From: Candidatus Aminicenantes bacterium
Lineage (GTDB): Bacteria; Acidobacteriota; Aminicenantia; Aminicenantales; JAFGBC01
Reading direction: 5' to 3'
Assembly: GCA_963702005.1 (NCBI GenBank)
Contig: OY969696.1
Location: 4,160,001 to 4,224,000, forward strand
Length of the DNA stretch: 64,000 nucleotides
Positions 10,091 to 20,460 of this stretch are shown here, piece after piece (within the stretch, counting starts at the first letter, position 1; each line of letters starts with the position of its first letter). The translations under genes and the position numbers were made by a program. A model generated the notes under the pieces. It had not been told where the DNA came from and did no database searches. It saw only the letters and a list, made by a program, of their open reading frames with translations.

Positions 10091-12471
10091 GGTTGCGCCT
10101 TCTTGAAAACCAAACTCAGGCGGCTCCCCCGTCCGGGCTCGCTCCACAGGCCGACCGAACCCCGGTGGCCGTCCATGATGTGCTTCACGATCTTGAGCCC
10201 CAGCCCGATGCCTCCGGGATTGGCCCGAACCGCCTCGGCCGTCCGCCGGAAGCCTTCGAAGACCCGGGCTTGGTCGGCGGCGGGAATCCCGATCCCGTTG
10301 TCCGCAACGGCTATCGTCGCCTCTTCGCCCCCGTCCTCCACGGAGACCTCGACCTCCTTCGGCCTCCGCCCGTACTTGACGGCGTTGTCCAGGAGGTTGA
10401 CGAGGGCCTGCATGACGGCGTCCGGGTCGACCTCGAGAAAGACCGGAGCGGCGGGCAAACGCGTCCGGAGCCGCCCCCCGTCCTGCTCGAGGGCCGGCCG
10501 GAAGAGCCCGACGGCGTCTTCGACGAGGGGGCGGACGTCCGTTTGGGCCATCGCGTAGGTTTTAACCTCGAGTTCGATCTTCCCATAATCGAGGACGTTG
10601 TGGACGAACCGGGACAGGCGGCCGCACTCGGAGGCCATCATCCGGAGCAGGCGATCCTTCTCGGCCTCTGCGCCGACCCGGCCCGAGCGGAGAATCTCGG
10701 ACAGGCAGAGGATCGAATTCATCGGCGTCCTCAGTTCGTGGGAAACGGAGGCAATGAACTCGGTCTTCATCCGGTTGAGCTCGACCAGCGACCGCCGGAA
10801 GGCCTTTTCATAGACGATTTCCTCCAGAAGGCCGATCCGGTCCAGGTTGAGCCCCATCTCCGAAGTCAGGGCGAGAAGGAGCTCGACATCGTCGTCGCCG
10901 TACTTTGCCCCGGACAGCTTGGGTCCGAAGGCCGCGAAGCCGGACTGGGACGCCGATAAGGCCGGAAAGGGAATGAGGAGACCGAATCCCGACTTCTCCA
11001 AGAGCGGCGAGCGGGACTCATCCAAGGCTTTCTCGACGGCCGCGCCGCCCGTGCGGACGTAGCTCCGGCCCGGCGTCCAGTTCTCGGCCTTGAGCCGGTC
11101 GAAGGCCGGGTCGTCCGGAACGGCCCCGAGGAGGTCCTCCTCTTCCTGGTCCGCCCGCCGCCCTCGTAAAAAGACGGCCGTCCGGCCGACCGGCATCGCG
11201 TCCTCGACCGCGGAGCGGAACAAACCGGTCAGGTTCTCGCGCCGGACCATCTTTTGGGCGGCCGCGCTGAACGCGTCCAAGCAAGCCCTGAGATCGTAGC
11301 TCCGCCGGAAAAAGGCCTTGTCCACCAGGCGCTGGATCTTCCTCCGGGCCGGATGGAAAGCCGCCGCGGCCAAGACGGCCGCCGCCAGCGAGACCCACCG
11401 CTCCCGGACCGGTCCCCAGCGAGAGAAAAGGCCGCGCAGGAGCTCGAGGGCGAAAAGATAGAAGGAAACGATGGCCACGGTCAATAGGGAATAAACCAGG
11501 CTTCGGTTGATGACCAGGTTAATGTCAAGGAGCTTGTACTTGAGAACGGACAGCGCGAAGGCGGCCGGGACGACGATGATGAGCAGCGTCGCCAGTTCTT
11601 CCGGAACCAGCGGGGCGCGGCCTAACGCCCGCGGGATCTGGTAGAGGATGACGAACGGCGTGAGCCCGACCGCGAGACCGTAGAAAATCCATTTGAGCTT
11701 GGCCCTGTCCTCGACCGCGCCGGCCCTCCGGAAGCTCCGGACGAACTGGACGAAGGCCGCCAAGAGAAAGACCACCAGATACCAGCGAAAGGCAGGGATC
11801 AAGCGCTGCTGGGCGCGGAAGGCCGCGATCGAAGGAGCCAGAACGGCCGAGATGAACAGCGCGTTCAGGCCGGCGGCGAACGCGAGCGCCGGCAGATAGA
11901 GTGTCGTCAGCCGCCGCACGGCGAACCGCGGGGCAAAGGTCAGCGCGAAGCGGAGGAGCAGGGCGGGCGCCAGAGCATAGAACAGATTGAAGACGAGGCC
12001 GGGGAGAAGGCTGGCCGGGCTCGTCCGGACGCAGTAGAAATCGCCGTTGATGATGAGCGCCGCGCCGAAAGCGAGGGCCATCCAGAAAAAAATCCGGGCC
12101 CGGCTATCGCCCCTCTTGAGGGCCAATACCAGGAAGCCGAGGAGGAAGATGGCCAGGCCGCTGACTAAAAAAAGCGAGGGATAGGGGATTTGAGAATAAT
12201 AAGGAACGAGCCGAACGACAACCGTCTCCTCGGCGCCTCCCCGGTTCAGGACCAGTTGCGACTCCCGGCCGATCGTGCGTCCGCTCAAGAGAAAGTCCAG
12301 GTCTCCGGCAGACCGGACCTCGATCCCGTCCATCCGGACGATATTCGAAACCGCGATATTGCGGGGCAGCCCGGGACGTCCCTTGAGAAGGATAAATCCG
12401 AAGACGCTGAGGGCGACGACGACGGCCCCCGCCGCGACGGAGAAGAAGAAAACGGCCTTGGGAGGTCGCAC
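10087..12471 (-). CDS. Membrane sensor histidine kinase (partial PDZ-like loop, multi-TM, GAF-like, HisKA, HATPase)
   Basis: SHELRTP H-box, NLLDNAVKY, DNGIGI, GIGLGL; many TM helices. Confidence 0.92.
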   Translation of the reverse strand: MRPPKAVFFFSVAAGAVVVALSVFGFILLKGRPGLPRNIAVSNIVRMDGIEVRSAGDLDFLLSGRTIGRESQLVLNRGGAEETVVVRLVPYYSQIPYPSLFLVSGLAIFLLGFLVLALKRGDSRARIFFWMALAFGAALIINGDFYCVRTSPASLLPGLVFNLFYALAPALLLRFALTFAPRFAVRRLTTLYLPALAFAAGLNALFISAVLAPSIAAFRAQQRLIPAFRWYLVVFLLAAFVQFVRSFRRAGAVEDRAKLKWIFYGLAVGLTPFVILYQIPRALGRAPLVPEELATLLIIVVPAAFALSVLKYKLLDINLVINRSLVYSLLTVAIVSFYLFALELLRGLFSRWGPVRERWVSLAAAVLAAAAFHPARRKIQRLVDKAFFRRSYDLRACLDAFSAAAQKMVRRENLTGLFRSAVEDAMPVGRTAVFLRGRRADQEEEDLLGAVPDDPAFDRLKAENWTPGRSYVRTGGAAVEKALDESRSPLLEKSGFGLLIPFPALSASQSGFAAFGPKLSGAKYGDDDVELLLALTSEMGLNLDRIGLLEEIVYEKAFRRSLVELNRMKTEFIASVSHELRTPMNSILCLSEILRSGRVGAEAEKDRLLRMMASECGRLSRFVHNVLDYGKIELEVKTYAMAQTDVRPLVEDAVGLFRPALEQDGGRLRTRLPAAPVFLEVDPDAVMQALVNLLDNAVKYGRRPKEVEVSVEDGGEEATIAVADNGIGIPAADQARVFEGFRRTAEAVRANPGGIGLGLKIVKHIMDGHRGSVGLWSEPGRGSRLSLVFKKAQP

Positions 12472-12496
12472 GAGATGTAACCCCTGCCTTGTTTGG

Positions 12497-12526
12497 ACTA
12501 TAACACTCCACCGGAAGGACTGTCAA
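12497..12526 (-). promoter_or_regulatory. Sigma70-type promoter for the kinase/regulator operon
   Basis: TTGACA-N18-TATAGT on the minus strand. Confidence 0.55.
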
Positions 12527-12540
12527 CCTCGCCCGCGGCT

Positions 12541-12605
12541 ACTATTAACAGATTCTTGACAGCTTCTTGACAACTCGGTCCTCCGCTTCGGTTAGATTGA
12601 GAAGC
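12541..12605 (+). promoter_or_regulatory. Triple 11-bp direct repeat plus TAGATTGA upstream of the 5'-nucleotidase
   Basis: ACTATTAACAG/ATTCTTGACAG/CTTCTTGACAA then TAGATTGAGAAGC. Confidence 0.7.
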
Positions 12606-12640
12606 GGGACAACCCAAAATCTCAATTCAAGGAGGTCATC

Positions 12641-14248
12641 ATGAAAGGGAGATTGATCAGGGTCCTGGCGCTCGCCGTCTGTCTGGCCGGCGCCGCGGTC
12701 CTTGGCTACGCCCAGGGGGATTCGGCGACACTAACGATCCTCCACACGAACGACACCCATTCCAGCTTGGTGCCGTTCGGCCCCGACGGCCGCTACGGCG
12801 GGATCGCGCGGATGGCCGCGCTAATGAAGCGGCTCAGGGGAAGCGACCCGAACGTCCTGGCCTTGAACGCCGGGGATGTCTTCGTCGGATCGTTCGAGTT
12901 CAACAAGTACCTGGGCTATCCCGAGCTGAAGCTCATGGAGAACTTCTATGACGCCATGGGGTTGGGAAACCACGAATTCGACCTCGGCACCGATGTCCTG
13001 GCCGGCGTCCTCAGCGGTCAGCTGGCCGGCGACTCGCCGGTCGCACTCCCCGTTTTGTGCGCGAACATCAACCTCGCCGGCCAACCGTCGCTCAAACCCT
13101 TCATCAAGCCCCGCCTGATCAAGACCATCGGAAGCCTCAAGGTCGGGATCACGGCTGTCGTCACCACCGACGCCCAGAACTACTCACAGGACGTCTTCAA
13201 GCTCCTCAAGGATCCCTACCAAGCGGCCGGGCTTCAAGCCGGACGCCTGCGAGCCGAGGGTTGCCAGCTTGTCATTTGCGTTTCCCACCTGGGGAGGCTC
13301 GCCGACCTCATGGGGCTGTCCCAGGTTCCCGGGATTGATATCATCGTCGGCGGTCATTCTCACGACTTCATGAGGACGCCCTACGTCCTGAACGGCAAGA
13401 TCATCGTCCAGGCCGGGGAGATGGGCAAGGCCCTGGGAGTGCTCAAGGTCCGGGTGTCCGGGGGGAAAGTCAGCCTCGAATCCTACAAGCTCTATGCCGT
13501 GACCAGCGCCGTCAAGGCCGATCCGGTCGTCCAGGCGACCGTGGACGCCCTCAAAGCCGGCGTCGAACAGGATCCCCGTTTCGGCAAAGTCTACACCCGA
13601 GTTCTGGCGACGGCCCAGGTCGACCTTGAGGAGCGCTGGAAGGCCGGAGACCCCAAGCGGGACACCGCGCTGGGCAACTTGGTGTCCGACGCCATCCGGG
13701 CCGGCGTCCGGAAGGCCGGCCTTCACGCCGAGATCGGGCTCGAAGCCCTCGGCTACACGGCCTACCGGATTCACAAGGGGCCGGTCGTGGGGAACGATAT
13801 CCTGCGGGCGGTCCCTTATGGCTACGATCCGGCGTCGGGCCTCGGCTTCAAGATCAATTGCGTCATGCTCAGGGGCGACCAGCTCCTGGCCGGCCTGGAA
13901 TATTCCGTCTCGCTCGTCGAGTACACGGACGATCTATCCCTTCAGCCTTCAGGGTTGACCTATCGTTACGATTCGCGGAAGGCGGCTTCGCCCCGCCTGG
14001 GGGAGATCAACCGGCTCGATATATCCTCGGTCAGGATCAACGGACAACCCATCAATCCCCTGGGTTTGTATTGGGTGGCCATGAGCGAACAGCTCACCAA
14101 GTTCCTTCTCTCGCTGGGCATGACGCCCTACAAAACCGTGGACACCGGGCTCTTCGAGTATAATGTCGTCCGCGATTTCATGAAGGCCGAAAAGACGCTG
14201 AATTATGCCGCTGAGGGCCGGGTCATCGATGCCCGCTATCTGAGGTGA
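12641..14248 (+). CDS. Secreted bifunctional metallophosphatase / 5'-nucleotidase (UshA-like)
   Basis: Signal peptide; HTNDTH, AGD, GNHEFD, SHLG, GGHSH motifs; AAGGAGG RBS. Confidence 0.92.
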   Translation: MKGRLIRVLALAVCLAGAAVLGYAQGDSATLTILHTNDTHSSLVPFGPDGRYGGIARMAALMKRLRGSDPNVLALNAGDVFVGSFEFNKYLGYPELKLMENFYDAMGLGNHEFDLGTDVLAGVLSGQLAGDSPVALPVLCANINLAGQPSLKPFIKPRLIKTIGSLKVGITAVVTTDAQNYSQDVFKLLKDPYQAAGLQAGRLRAEGCQLVICVSHLGRLADLMGLSQVPGIDIIVGGHSHDFMRTPYVLNGKIIVQAGEMGKALGVLKVRVSGGKVSLESYKLYAVTSAVKADPVVQATVDALKAGVEQDPRFGKVYTRVLATAQVDLEERWKAGDPKRDTALGNLVSDAIRAGVRKAGLHAEIGLEALGYTAYRIHKGPVVGNDILRAVPYGYDPASGLGFKINCVMLRGDQLLAGLEYSVSLVEYTDDLSLQPSGLTYRYDSRKAASPRLGEINRLDISSVRINGQPINPLGLYWVAMSEQLTKFLLSLGMTPYKTVDTGLFEYNVVRDFMKAEKTLNYAAEGRVIDARYLR

Positions 14249-14288
14249 TCCCTCGACGGGGAAAGTCATTGGCCGTATTTTGTTCAAA

Positions 14289-14324
14289 GGGGGCGGCCTC
14301 CGGGTGGGGGGCCGCCTTCTCTTT
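14289..14324 (+). terminator. Probable intrinsic terminator
   Basis: GC-rich GGCGGCC...GGCCGCC hairpin followed by TTCTCTTT after the nucleotidase stop. Confidence 0.55.
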
Positions 14325-14448
14325 GGAGCGTGTTCGTCCGGCCTTGACATCCCCAAGATTTTATTGGACACCAGCCGCCGATTGCGCTAAAGACAATTAA
14401 GAGTATTCAAATCGGCAGGCTCCGCCCGCAGATTAAAGCAGGAGAGCT

Positions 14449-15336
14449 TTGATGAGAAACCTGGCAATTGTCGCGCTCCTGATCATGCTGACCGCCGCGG
14501 CCTCCGCTCCGCTCGCGGCTCAAGACGAACTCGCGATCTGGAAGGAGTTCGTCCAACTCCTCAAGACCGACGCCTTAACCCTGGACCGCGTCCATCCCGC
14601 CGATCCGCGGACTCCGGAATCCCGATTGGCTTGGCTGGGGGATTTCGCGAAAGGGACGGATTGGAAAGAGTGGGAGGCGGCGCCCAAGGTTGTCCGTTCC
14701 GGAAACCTGGTCTCTTTCATCATCACCCTCGGACAGAGCCGCAACAGCCCGTGGGAATATATTTTCTGCTTTAGGGTCGAGGACGGCCGCTGGTCTTACC
14801 GCTTCACGGAGGGCATTTTTATCCGCCTGGATAAAGTCGGCAAACTTCCCGCCGAAGCCTCGGGCTTTCCCGACCTGCCCGAGGAGCGGAAAGACTGGAT
14901 GCGGCAGGAAATTTACTGGTCCGAACAAGTCCGGCTCTTTAATTTCTTGGCCCGTGAAAAGGGGAAGGATTTCGCTTTTCGTTGGGTCGCTGAGGGCATC
15001 GGAAACGGAGTCGGGTATCTTCTGGGAGCCGCCACCTGGGTTCCCTTCTACCCGCCTTCACGGTCATTCATTCTCTATTTGTGCTGGGAGCAGGCGAAGC
15101 TCCTGGGCAATAAGGTCACCCTGGAGAAGCTGGACGATCACGAAGCCGTCGTCCGTTTCGACGACCTCATTTATTTCGCGCTCTACATGCGGGCTTCTCA
15201 CCTGAAGCAGCAGATTTCGCTCGAGGACTATGTCAAGATCTTCGAAACGATCTGGCAGGACCGGGCCCGGGCCGCCGGCTGGATTCTTAAAATCGACGGA
15301 CAGGGACGGCGAATCTTCCTGCGCTTCAGCAGATAA
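14449..15336 (+). CDS. Secreted hypothetical protein
   Basis: Signal peptide, AGGAG RBS, natural amino-acid composition; no motif recognised. Confidence 0.7.
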   Translation: MMRNLAIVALLIMLTAAASAPLAAQDELAIWKEFVQLLKTDALTLDRVHPADPRTPESRLAWLGDFAKGTDWKEWEAAPKVVRSGNLVSFIITLGQSRNSPWEYIFCFRVEDGRWSYRFTEGIFIRLDKVGKLPAEASGFPDLPEERKDWMRQEIYWSEQVRLFNFLAREKGKDFAFRWVAEGIGNGVGYLLGAATWVPFYPPSRSFILYLCWEQAKLLGNKVTLEKLDDHEAVVRFDDLIYFALYMRASHLKQQISLEDYVKIFETIWQDRARAAGWILKIDGQGRRIFLRFSR

Positions 15337-15465
15337 TGATCCTTCGGCCATACTCCGCCTTCAGAAACATTTGGATTGTGGATGAGCGCGGCCTATTCCT
15401 GGGCCTTTCCTTGACAACGGTCATCGGTAGAATGGCGCTGGTGGAGAACGGAACGGTGCGGGGCT

Positions 15466-16680
15466 TTAGCCTTCGGCTACGTCCGGGGCCATCGGCTTGG
15501 GCGCGCCGCCGCGGCCCTTCCCGAACACCTCGGGCCCGCGCGTCAGGTAGAAGAGAAAGACGGCCAGGGACAGGACGCCCGTGAATAGAAACGGCGCCTG
15601 AATCCCGTACCGGTCGGACAGGAATCCGGAGATCAGGCTGACGACCGCGCCCGAGAGCATCTGGAGGTTGGAGACCCAGCTGAAAGCCAGCCTTTGTCCC
15701 GAGGTCGGGACCGTGGACCCGACGAAGGTGTGAAGGGAGGGGTAAGTCATGAGGAGGAAACCGCCGTAGCTGAGGAGGCCGACAACCGCTAACGCCTTGT
15801 GGCCGGCCAGCCCGATGACGAATAGGGAGACCACCGCTCCGACCAGGCTCAGCAGGAAGACATTCCGTCGGCCGAAGCGTCGGCTCCAGACGCCGTATCC
15901 GTAGCCGGTGATCGTGCCCAAACCAATCCAAAAAGCGAGGTAGAGCCCGGTCGCTCCGATCGGGATGCGGAACCTGTGATTGAGGAGCGAAGGGGCATAA
16001 TAAACGATGACCGACCAGCCGATTCCTCCGAAGAAAAAGCCCGGGATGTAGCGTTTGATCCCGACCAAGGACCTCCACCAGGATCCGACGCTGAGGTCGG
16101 GCGTCTTCTCGCTGCGGGAGGAGACGCCCTTGATCGCCCGCATGCCTAAGATCCCCAAGAGAAGCCCCAAGACGCTCCAAACGTAGAGCGGCGTTTTCCA
16201 GGTCCAGCGCTGGGCCAGATAGCCCACCGACAGGAAGGCCAGCAGGACGCCGACGTTGCCGGACCCGCTTTGGATCCCCATGGCGTCGTCGAGCTCCTGT
16301 CCCGACCCGGCCCGCGAGGTCGAGATCCAGGCGATGATGATCGGATGATAGAAGGTCGTGAACAGCCGGAGGAGGAGGAAGAAGGCGAGGAGCGCCGCGA
16401 AGCTCGTCGCGAACGGGACGAGAGCCATCGAGGCGCAAATCCCCAGCAAGCTCAGGAGCATCAGGCGGCGGTACTCGTGGCGGCAGGAGAGGCTGACGAC
16501 GTAGAACTGGAAAACGAAGGAGATGAGCAGGCCGAGGTTCGAGAGGAGGCCGATCTGGGAATAGCTCGAGATCAGGAACCGCTGGCTGTAGAGGATGGGA
16601 AAGATCATCGGCGTGGCGACGGTCGCCGCGTCGTTGAGGGCGTGGAAGAGCGAGGCGGAGAGGAGGATCTGCTTTTTCAT
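15466..16680 (-). CDS. MFS transporter (Fsr-like)
   Basis: About 12 TM helices, HALND start, FYHP, SRRFGRR loop. Confidence 0.85.
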   Translation of the reverse strand: MKKQILLSASLFHALNDAATVATPMIFPILYSQRFLISSYSQIGLLSNLGLLISFVFQFYVVSLSCRHEYRRLMLLSLLGICASMALVPFATSFAALLAFFLLLRLFTTFYHPIIIAWISTSRAGSGQELDDAMGIQSGSGNVGVLLAFLSVGYLAQRWTWKTPLYVWSVLGLLLGILGMRAIKGVSSRSEKTPDLSVGSWWRSLVGIKRYIPGFFFGGIGWSVIVYYAPSLLNHRFRIPIGATGLYLAFWIGLGTITGYGYGVWSRRFGRRNVFLLSLVGAVVSLFVIGLAGHKALAVVGLLSYGGFLLMTYPSLHTFVGSTVPTSGQRLAFSWVSNLQMLSGAVVSLISGFLSDRYGIQAPFLFTGVLSLAVFLFYLTRGPEVFGKGRGGAPKPMAPDVAEG

Positions 16681-16773
16681 CGGCGTAAACGGGGTTACTG
16701 TAGCACGTCCGGCGCCGCCTGTAAATCACCCGGATTTGCGGAAAATGCGCTATTCGTGTATAAATAACGACTT

Positions 16774-18018
16774 ATGGCAAACCCGCTCCATCTGTTCCGC
16801 CATCTCGATTTCAGCCGGACCTTCTCCGCCCTCCATTACCGGAATTACCGGTTGTGGTTCATCGGGCAGACCATCTCGCTTTTCGGGACCTGGATGCAGG
16901 CCGCGGCCCTGGGCTATCTCGTCTTCGACCTAACCCGTTCGCCCGCCTATCTGGGCTATGTCGGGTTCGCGGCCGGCGTCCCCGCCTGGCTGTTCATGAT
17001 CTACGGCGGGGTCGTGGCCGACCGGATGTCCCGCCGGACCCTCCTCATTCTGACCCAGACGGCCATGATGATCCTGGCTTTCGCCCTGGCCGCCTTAACC
17101 TTCCTTCACGTCGTCCAGGCCTGGCACATCATCGTCCTCGCCTTCGGCTTTGGGATCGCCAACGCTTTCGACGCGCCGGCCCGGCATGCTTTCATCACCG
17201 AGATGGTCGGCCCCGAGGACCTGACCAACGCCATCGCCCTCAATGCGACCATGTTCCACCTCGGAATCTCCCTGGGCCCGGCCGTATCGGGCATCACCTA
17301 CGCTCTCTTCGGCCCGGGCTGGTGCTTCGCCATCAACGGCATCTCCTTCATCGCCATCATCATCGCTCTCCATCTCATGAAGCTCACCGATCCGGACCGC
17401 CCGGCAGCCATCCGGTCTCACCGGACCGATCTCAAGGAGGGCTTCCGCTATGCGTTCCGGCATCCCGTCATCCGGACGGTCATTCTCCTCATCGCCGTGA
17501 CCGGACTGTTCGGGAGCGCGTTCCTGACGCTCATCCCGGCCTGGGCGGTCAAGATCCTCCACGGAAACGCCGCCACCAACGGCTGGCTCCAGTCGGCGCG
17601 CGGGGTCGGCGCCCTGATGAGCGCCCTGCTGATCGCTTCGCTGGGACGCTTTCAGTTCAAGGGGAAGCTCCTCACGGCGGGCACCTTCGCCCTCCCCCTT
17701 CTCCTCCTCGCTTTCGCTTTCACGCGCGGGCTCGCGCTTTCGCTCCTGCTCCTGGTCGGGGTGGGCGGTTCGCTTGTCGTTGTCATGAACCTGGCCAACG
17801 CCCTGGTCCAGACGCACGTCGAGGAAAGGCTCCGCGGACGGGTCATGGGGATCTATGCCTTCGCCTTCTTCGGCCTCATCCCGCTCGGCTCCCTCTGGTC
17901 GGGTGCCCTGGCCCAGTGGCTGGGAGAAACCGTCTCGGTCGCCGCCGGTGCCGTCGTAACGCTCGGGTTCGCGGCCGCAGCCTGGATTTTCGCCCCACGG
18001 CTGAGAACGCTTTCTTGA
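16774..18018 (+). CDS. MFS transporter (MFS_3/DHA3-like)
   Basis: RNYRLWFIGQTISLFGTWMQ, GGVVADRMSRR, LRGRVMG. Confidence 0.9.
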   Translation: MANPLHLFRHLDFSRTFSALHYRNYRLWFIGQTISLFGTWMQAAALGYLVFDLTRSPAYLGYVGFAAGVPAWLFMIYGGVVADRMSRRTLLILTQTAMMILAFALAALTFLHVVQAWHIIVLAFGFGIANAFDAPARHAFITEMVGPEDLTNAIALNATMFHLGISLGPAVSGITYALFGPGWCFAINGISFIAIIIALHLMKLTDPDRPAAIRSHRTDLKEGFRYAFRHPVIRTVILLIAVTGLFGSAFLTLIPAWAVKILHGNAATNGWLQSARGVGALMSALLIASLGRFQFKGKLLTAGTFALPLLLLAFAFTRGLALSLLLLVGVGGSLVVVMNLANALVQTHVEERLRGRVMGIYAFAFFGLIPLGSLWSGALAQWLGETVSVAAGAVVTLGFAAAAWIFAPRLRTLS

Positions 18019-18080
18019 GTTGACGTTCCGGCCCAAACTCCCTACCTTTAGTAGAGCGGTCCGCCGCGGCCGGACGGCCC

Positions 18081-20381
18081 CTAGCGGCTGTCCGAGTCGA
18101 GGAGCGGGTATTCCTTGGGCGGCTCGACTCCCAAGAGATTCTTGACGAAATAATCCCAACGCTTCCGGACGAAGTAGCCGTTCCCCAGACCGTGGTGCCG
18201 GTTGGGCATGATGAGCAGGTCGAAATCCTTATTGGCCTTGATCAGGGCGTCCACGAGCTGGAGTGTTGCCGCCGGGTGGACGTTATCGTCCAGGTCTCCG
18301 TGGACGAGGAGGAGCTTTCCCTTAAAGTTCGCGGCCAGGGTCGGGTTCGCCTGGGCTCGGTAGTGGTCTCCGACCGGATAACCCATCCACAGCTCGTTCC
18401 ACCAGACCTTGTCCGCGCGGTTGTCGTGGCAGCCCGAGGACGACACGGCGACCTTATAGAACTCGGGATGGACGAGGAGGGCGTGGGCCGAGTCGTAGCC
18501 GCCGGCCGAATGACCGTAGATTCCAACCCTCTCCAGGTCCAGGTAGGGGTAGCGTTGGGCGAGCTGGCGGAGGCCGAGGATGTGATCTTCGAGCCCGGAG
18601 TCGCCCAGGTTTTTGTAGGAGACGTTGTGGAAGGCCTTGGAGCGCATGGCCGTGCCCATGCCGTCGATGGTGACGACGATGAAACCCAGCTCGGCCAGGG
18701 CCTGATCATGGGAGGACGCCTGGAACGACTTGGGCGTGCGGACGGCCTGGGGCCCGTTGTAGATGCCGTCGATGACGGGATATCGGCGCGAAGAGTCAAA
18801 ATTCGAAGGTCTGTAGATGACGCCGTAGATGCCGGTCTTGCCGTCGCGTCCCGTGACCCGGAACGGCTCCGGCTTGGGCCAACCGGAGGCGAGGAGTTGT
18901 CCGAGGTCGGCTTTCTCGAACTCGCGAACGATCTTGCCGTCCGGGAAGCGGCGCAGGACCGAGACCGGGGCGGTATCGATCTTGGAATAGGTGTCCAAGG
19001 CGAACGCTCCGTCGGGGGAGGGACGTATATTGTGGTCGTCGTCCTCGGGCGTCAGCAGGGTCAGCCCCCGGCCGTCGAGGTTGATCCGGTAGAGAAACCG
19101 GAAATAGGGATCGCGGCCGGGCTCCCGGCCGCCGGCGATAAAATAGACCTGCCGCTTCTTTTCGTCGACCCGTACGATCTCGCGCACGACGAACTCGCCC
19201 GAGGTGATCCGGTTCTTGAGCTCTCCGCTCCGGCCGTCGAAGAGGTAGATCTGGCACCAGCCGTCCCGCTCCGAGCCCCAGACGAGTTCGGCGCCGTTCC
19301 CCAGCACGGCCAGATAGGTCATGTGGGGATCGACGCAGGTCTGGGAGGTTTCGGTCAGGACGACGCGGGCCTTCCCCGTGGACGGGTCGGCCTCATAGAG
19401 GCGGGCCGTCTGATAGCCGCGGACCGTTTCGGCGAAGTAGAGGCGCCGGCCGTCCTCGGTCCACAGACCCGAGCCGGCCGCCTTCCACATCAGGATCGGC
19501 ATGAGGAGCGGAGGGCATTCGACCGGGATCAGTTTCTTTGCTTCGACCTCGAACACGACCGGCTCGCCCCGGGTGAGGATTTCGTCGCCCGGAAGCTCGT
19601 AGACGTAGGAAAAAAGCTTTGCTCTCTGCCCGCCGGGAGGGACGAACTGGAGGAGATGATGGCGTTGAGCCCCCCGCTCGTCGATCCGCCAGGTCAGGAT
19701 GCGTTTTGAATCGGGCGACCAGAGGACCTCGATCGACCTGGGCGCGGGCTTGTCGCCCGCCTCGACCTGCTCCTGAAGCCCGGGCGAGGACGACCCGTAG
19801 GCGTAGCCTTCAATGCCGTCCCGACTGAGCTGAGTCTCCGCCCCGCCGGCGGCCTCGCGCAGCCAAAGATCGTAGCCGCGGAGGAAGGCCGTCCACTTGC
19901 CGTCGGGCGAGGGCGCTTCGTCCTTGCGCTCCTCGGTCTTCTCGGTCTTGACCAGGTTTCCGGTCTTGAGGTCGAATATCCAAACGGCTTTGGCCGCTTC
20001 GAACTTGATCCGCGTTTCACCCTTCTCGAAGCCGAACGTATCGAAAGGAAGGTTCGAGGCCGAGACGGCTTCGCCCGTGGCGGCGGCGAGCGCGGCCGCG
20101 ACCTTGGCGTGATCGAAGGCGGGCATGACCGCGTTACGGGCGGGATCGACGAGGAGGAACAGCTTTCCGTCGCGCAGGTCCCGCTTATACCAGAAGCGGG
20201 AGCCCTTGTCGAGCCAGTTCGGCGTCACGCGCTCGTTGAGCACCAGCTTGCGCGCGTTCTGGGGGAGGAACCGCTCGGCCCTCCGGTAATCCTCGAGAGA
20301 GCCTTGTCCCAGGAGCGGACCGATCAACACGCAGAGCAAGGCCCCCAAGCCTAATAATTTTGAACCGGCGGTCGGTGCCAT
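18081..20381 (-). CDS. S9B dipeptidyl peptidase IV family protein
   Basis: DPP IV N-terminal propeller, GHSAGG, HGDLDDNVH, catalytic His region; start MAPTAG after GAGGAGG. Confidence 0.92.
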   Translation of the reverse strand: MAPTAGSKLLGLGALLCVLIGPLLGQGSLEDYRRAERFLPQNARKLVLNERVTPNWLDKGSRFWYKRDLRDGKLFLLVDPARNAVMPAFDHAKVAAALAAATGEAVSASNLPFDTFGFEKGETRIKFEAAKAVWIFDLKTGNLVKTEKTEERKDEAPSPDGKWTAFLRGYDLWLREAAGGAETQLSRDGIEGYAYGSSSPGLQEQVEAGDKPAPRSIEVLWSPDSKRILTWRIDERGAQRHHLLQFVPPGGQRAKLFSYVYELPGDEILTRGEPVVFEVEAKKLIPVECPPLLMPILMWKAAGSGLWTEDGRRLYFAETVRGYQTARLYEADPSTGKARVVLTETSQTCVDPHMTYLAVLGNGAELVWGSERDGWCQIYLFDGRSGELKNRITSGEFVVREIVRVDEKKRQVYFIAGGREPGRDPYFRFLYRINLDGRGLTLLTPEDDDHNIRPSPDGAFALDTYSKIDTAPVSVLRRFPDGKIVREFEKADLGQLLASGWPKPEPFRVTGRDGKTGIYGVIYRPSNFDSSRRYPVIDGIYNGPQAVRTPKSFQASSHDQALAELGFIVVTIDGMGTAMRSKAFHNVSYKNLGDSGLEDHILGLRQLAQRYPYLDLERVGIYGHSAGGYDSAHALLVHPEFYKVAVSSSGCHDNRADKVWWNELWMGYPVGDHYRAQANPTLAANFKGKLLLVHGDLDDNVHPAATLQLVDALIKANKDFDLLIMPNRHHGLGNGYFVRKRWDYFVKNLLGVEPPKEYPLLDSDSR

Positions 20382-20460
20382 TTTGACCTCCTCTGGATCC
20401 GTCTTTCCGTGTATACAGCACGCGCCAGGCCGAAAGCAAGCCCGGCCGGGCGGGCCGGAT

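Noticed and set aside
15411-15433. TTGACA...TAGAAT as an antisense promoter into the MFS gene
   Set aside because: Spacer is only 11 nt.
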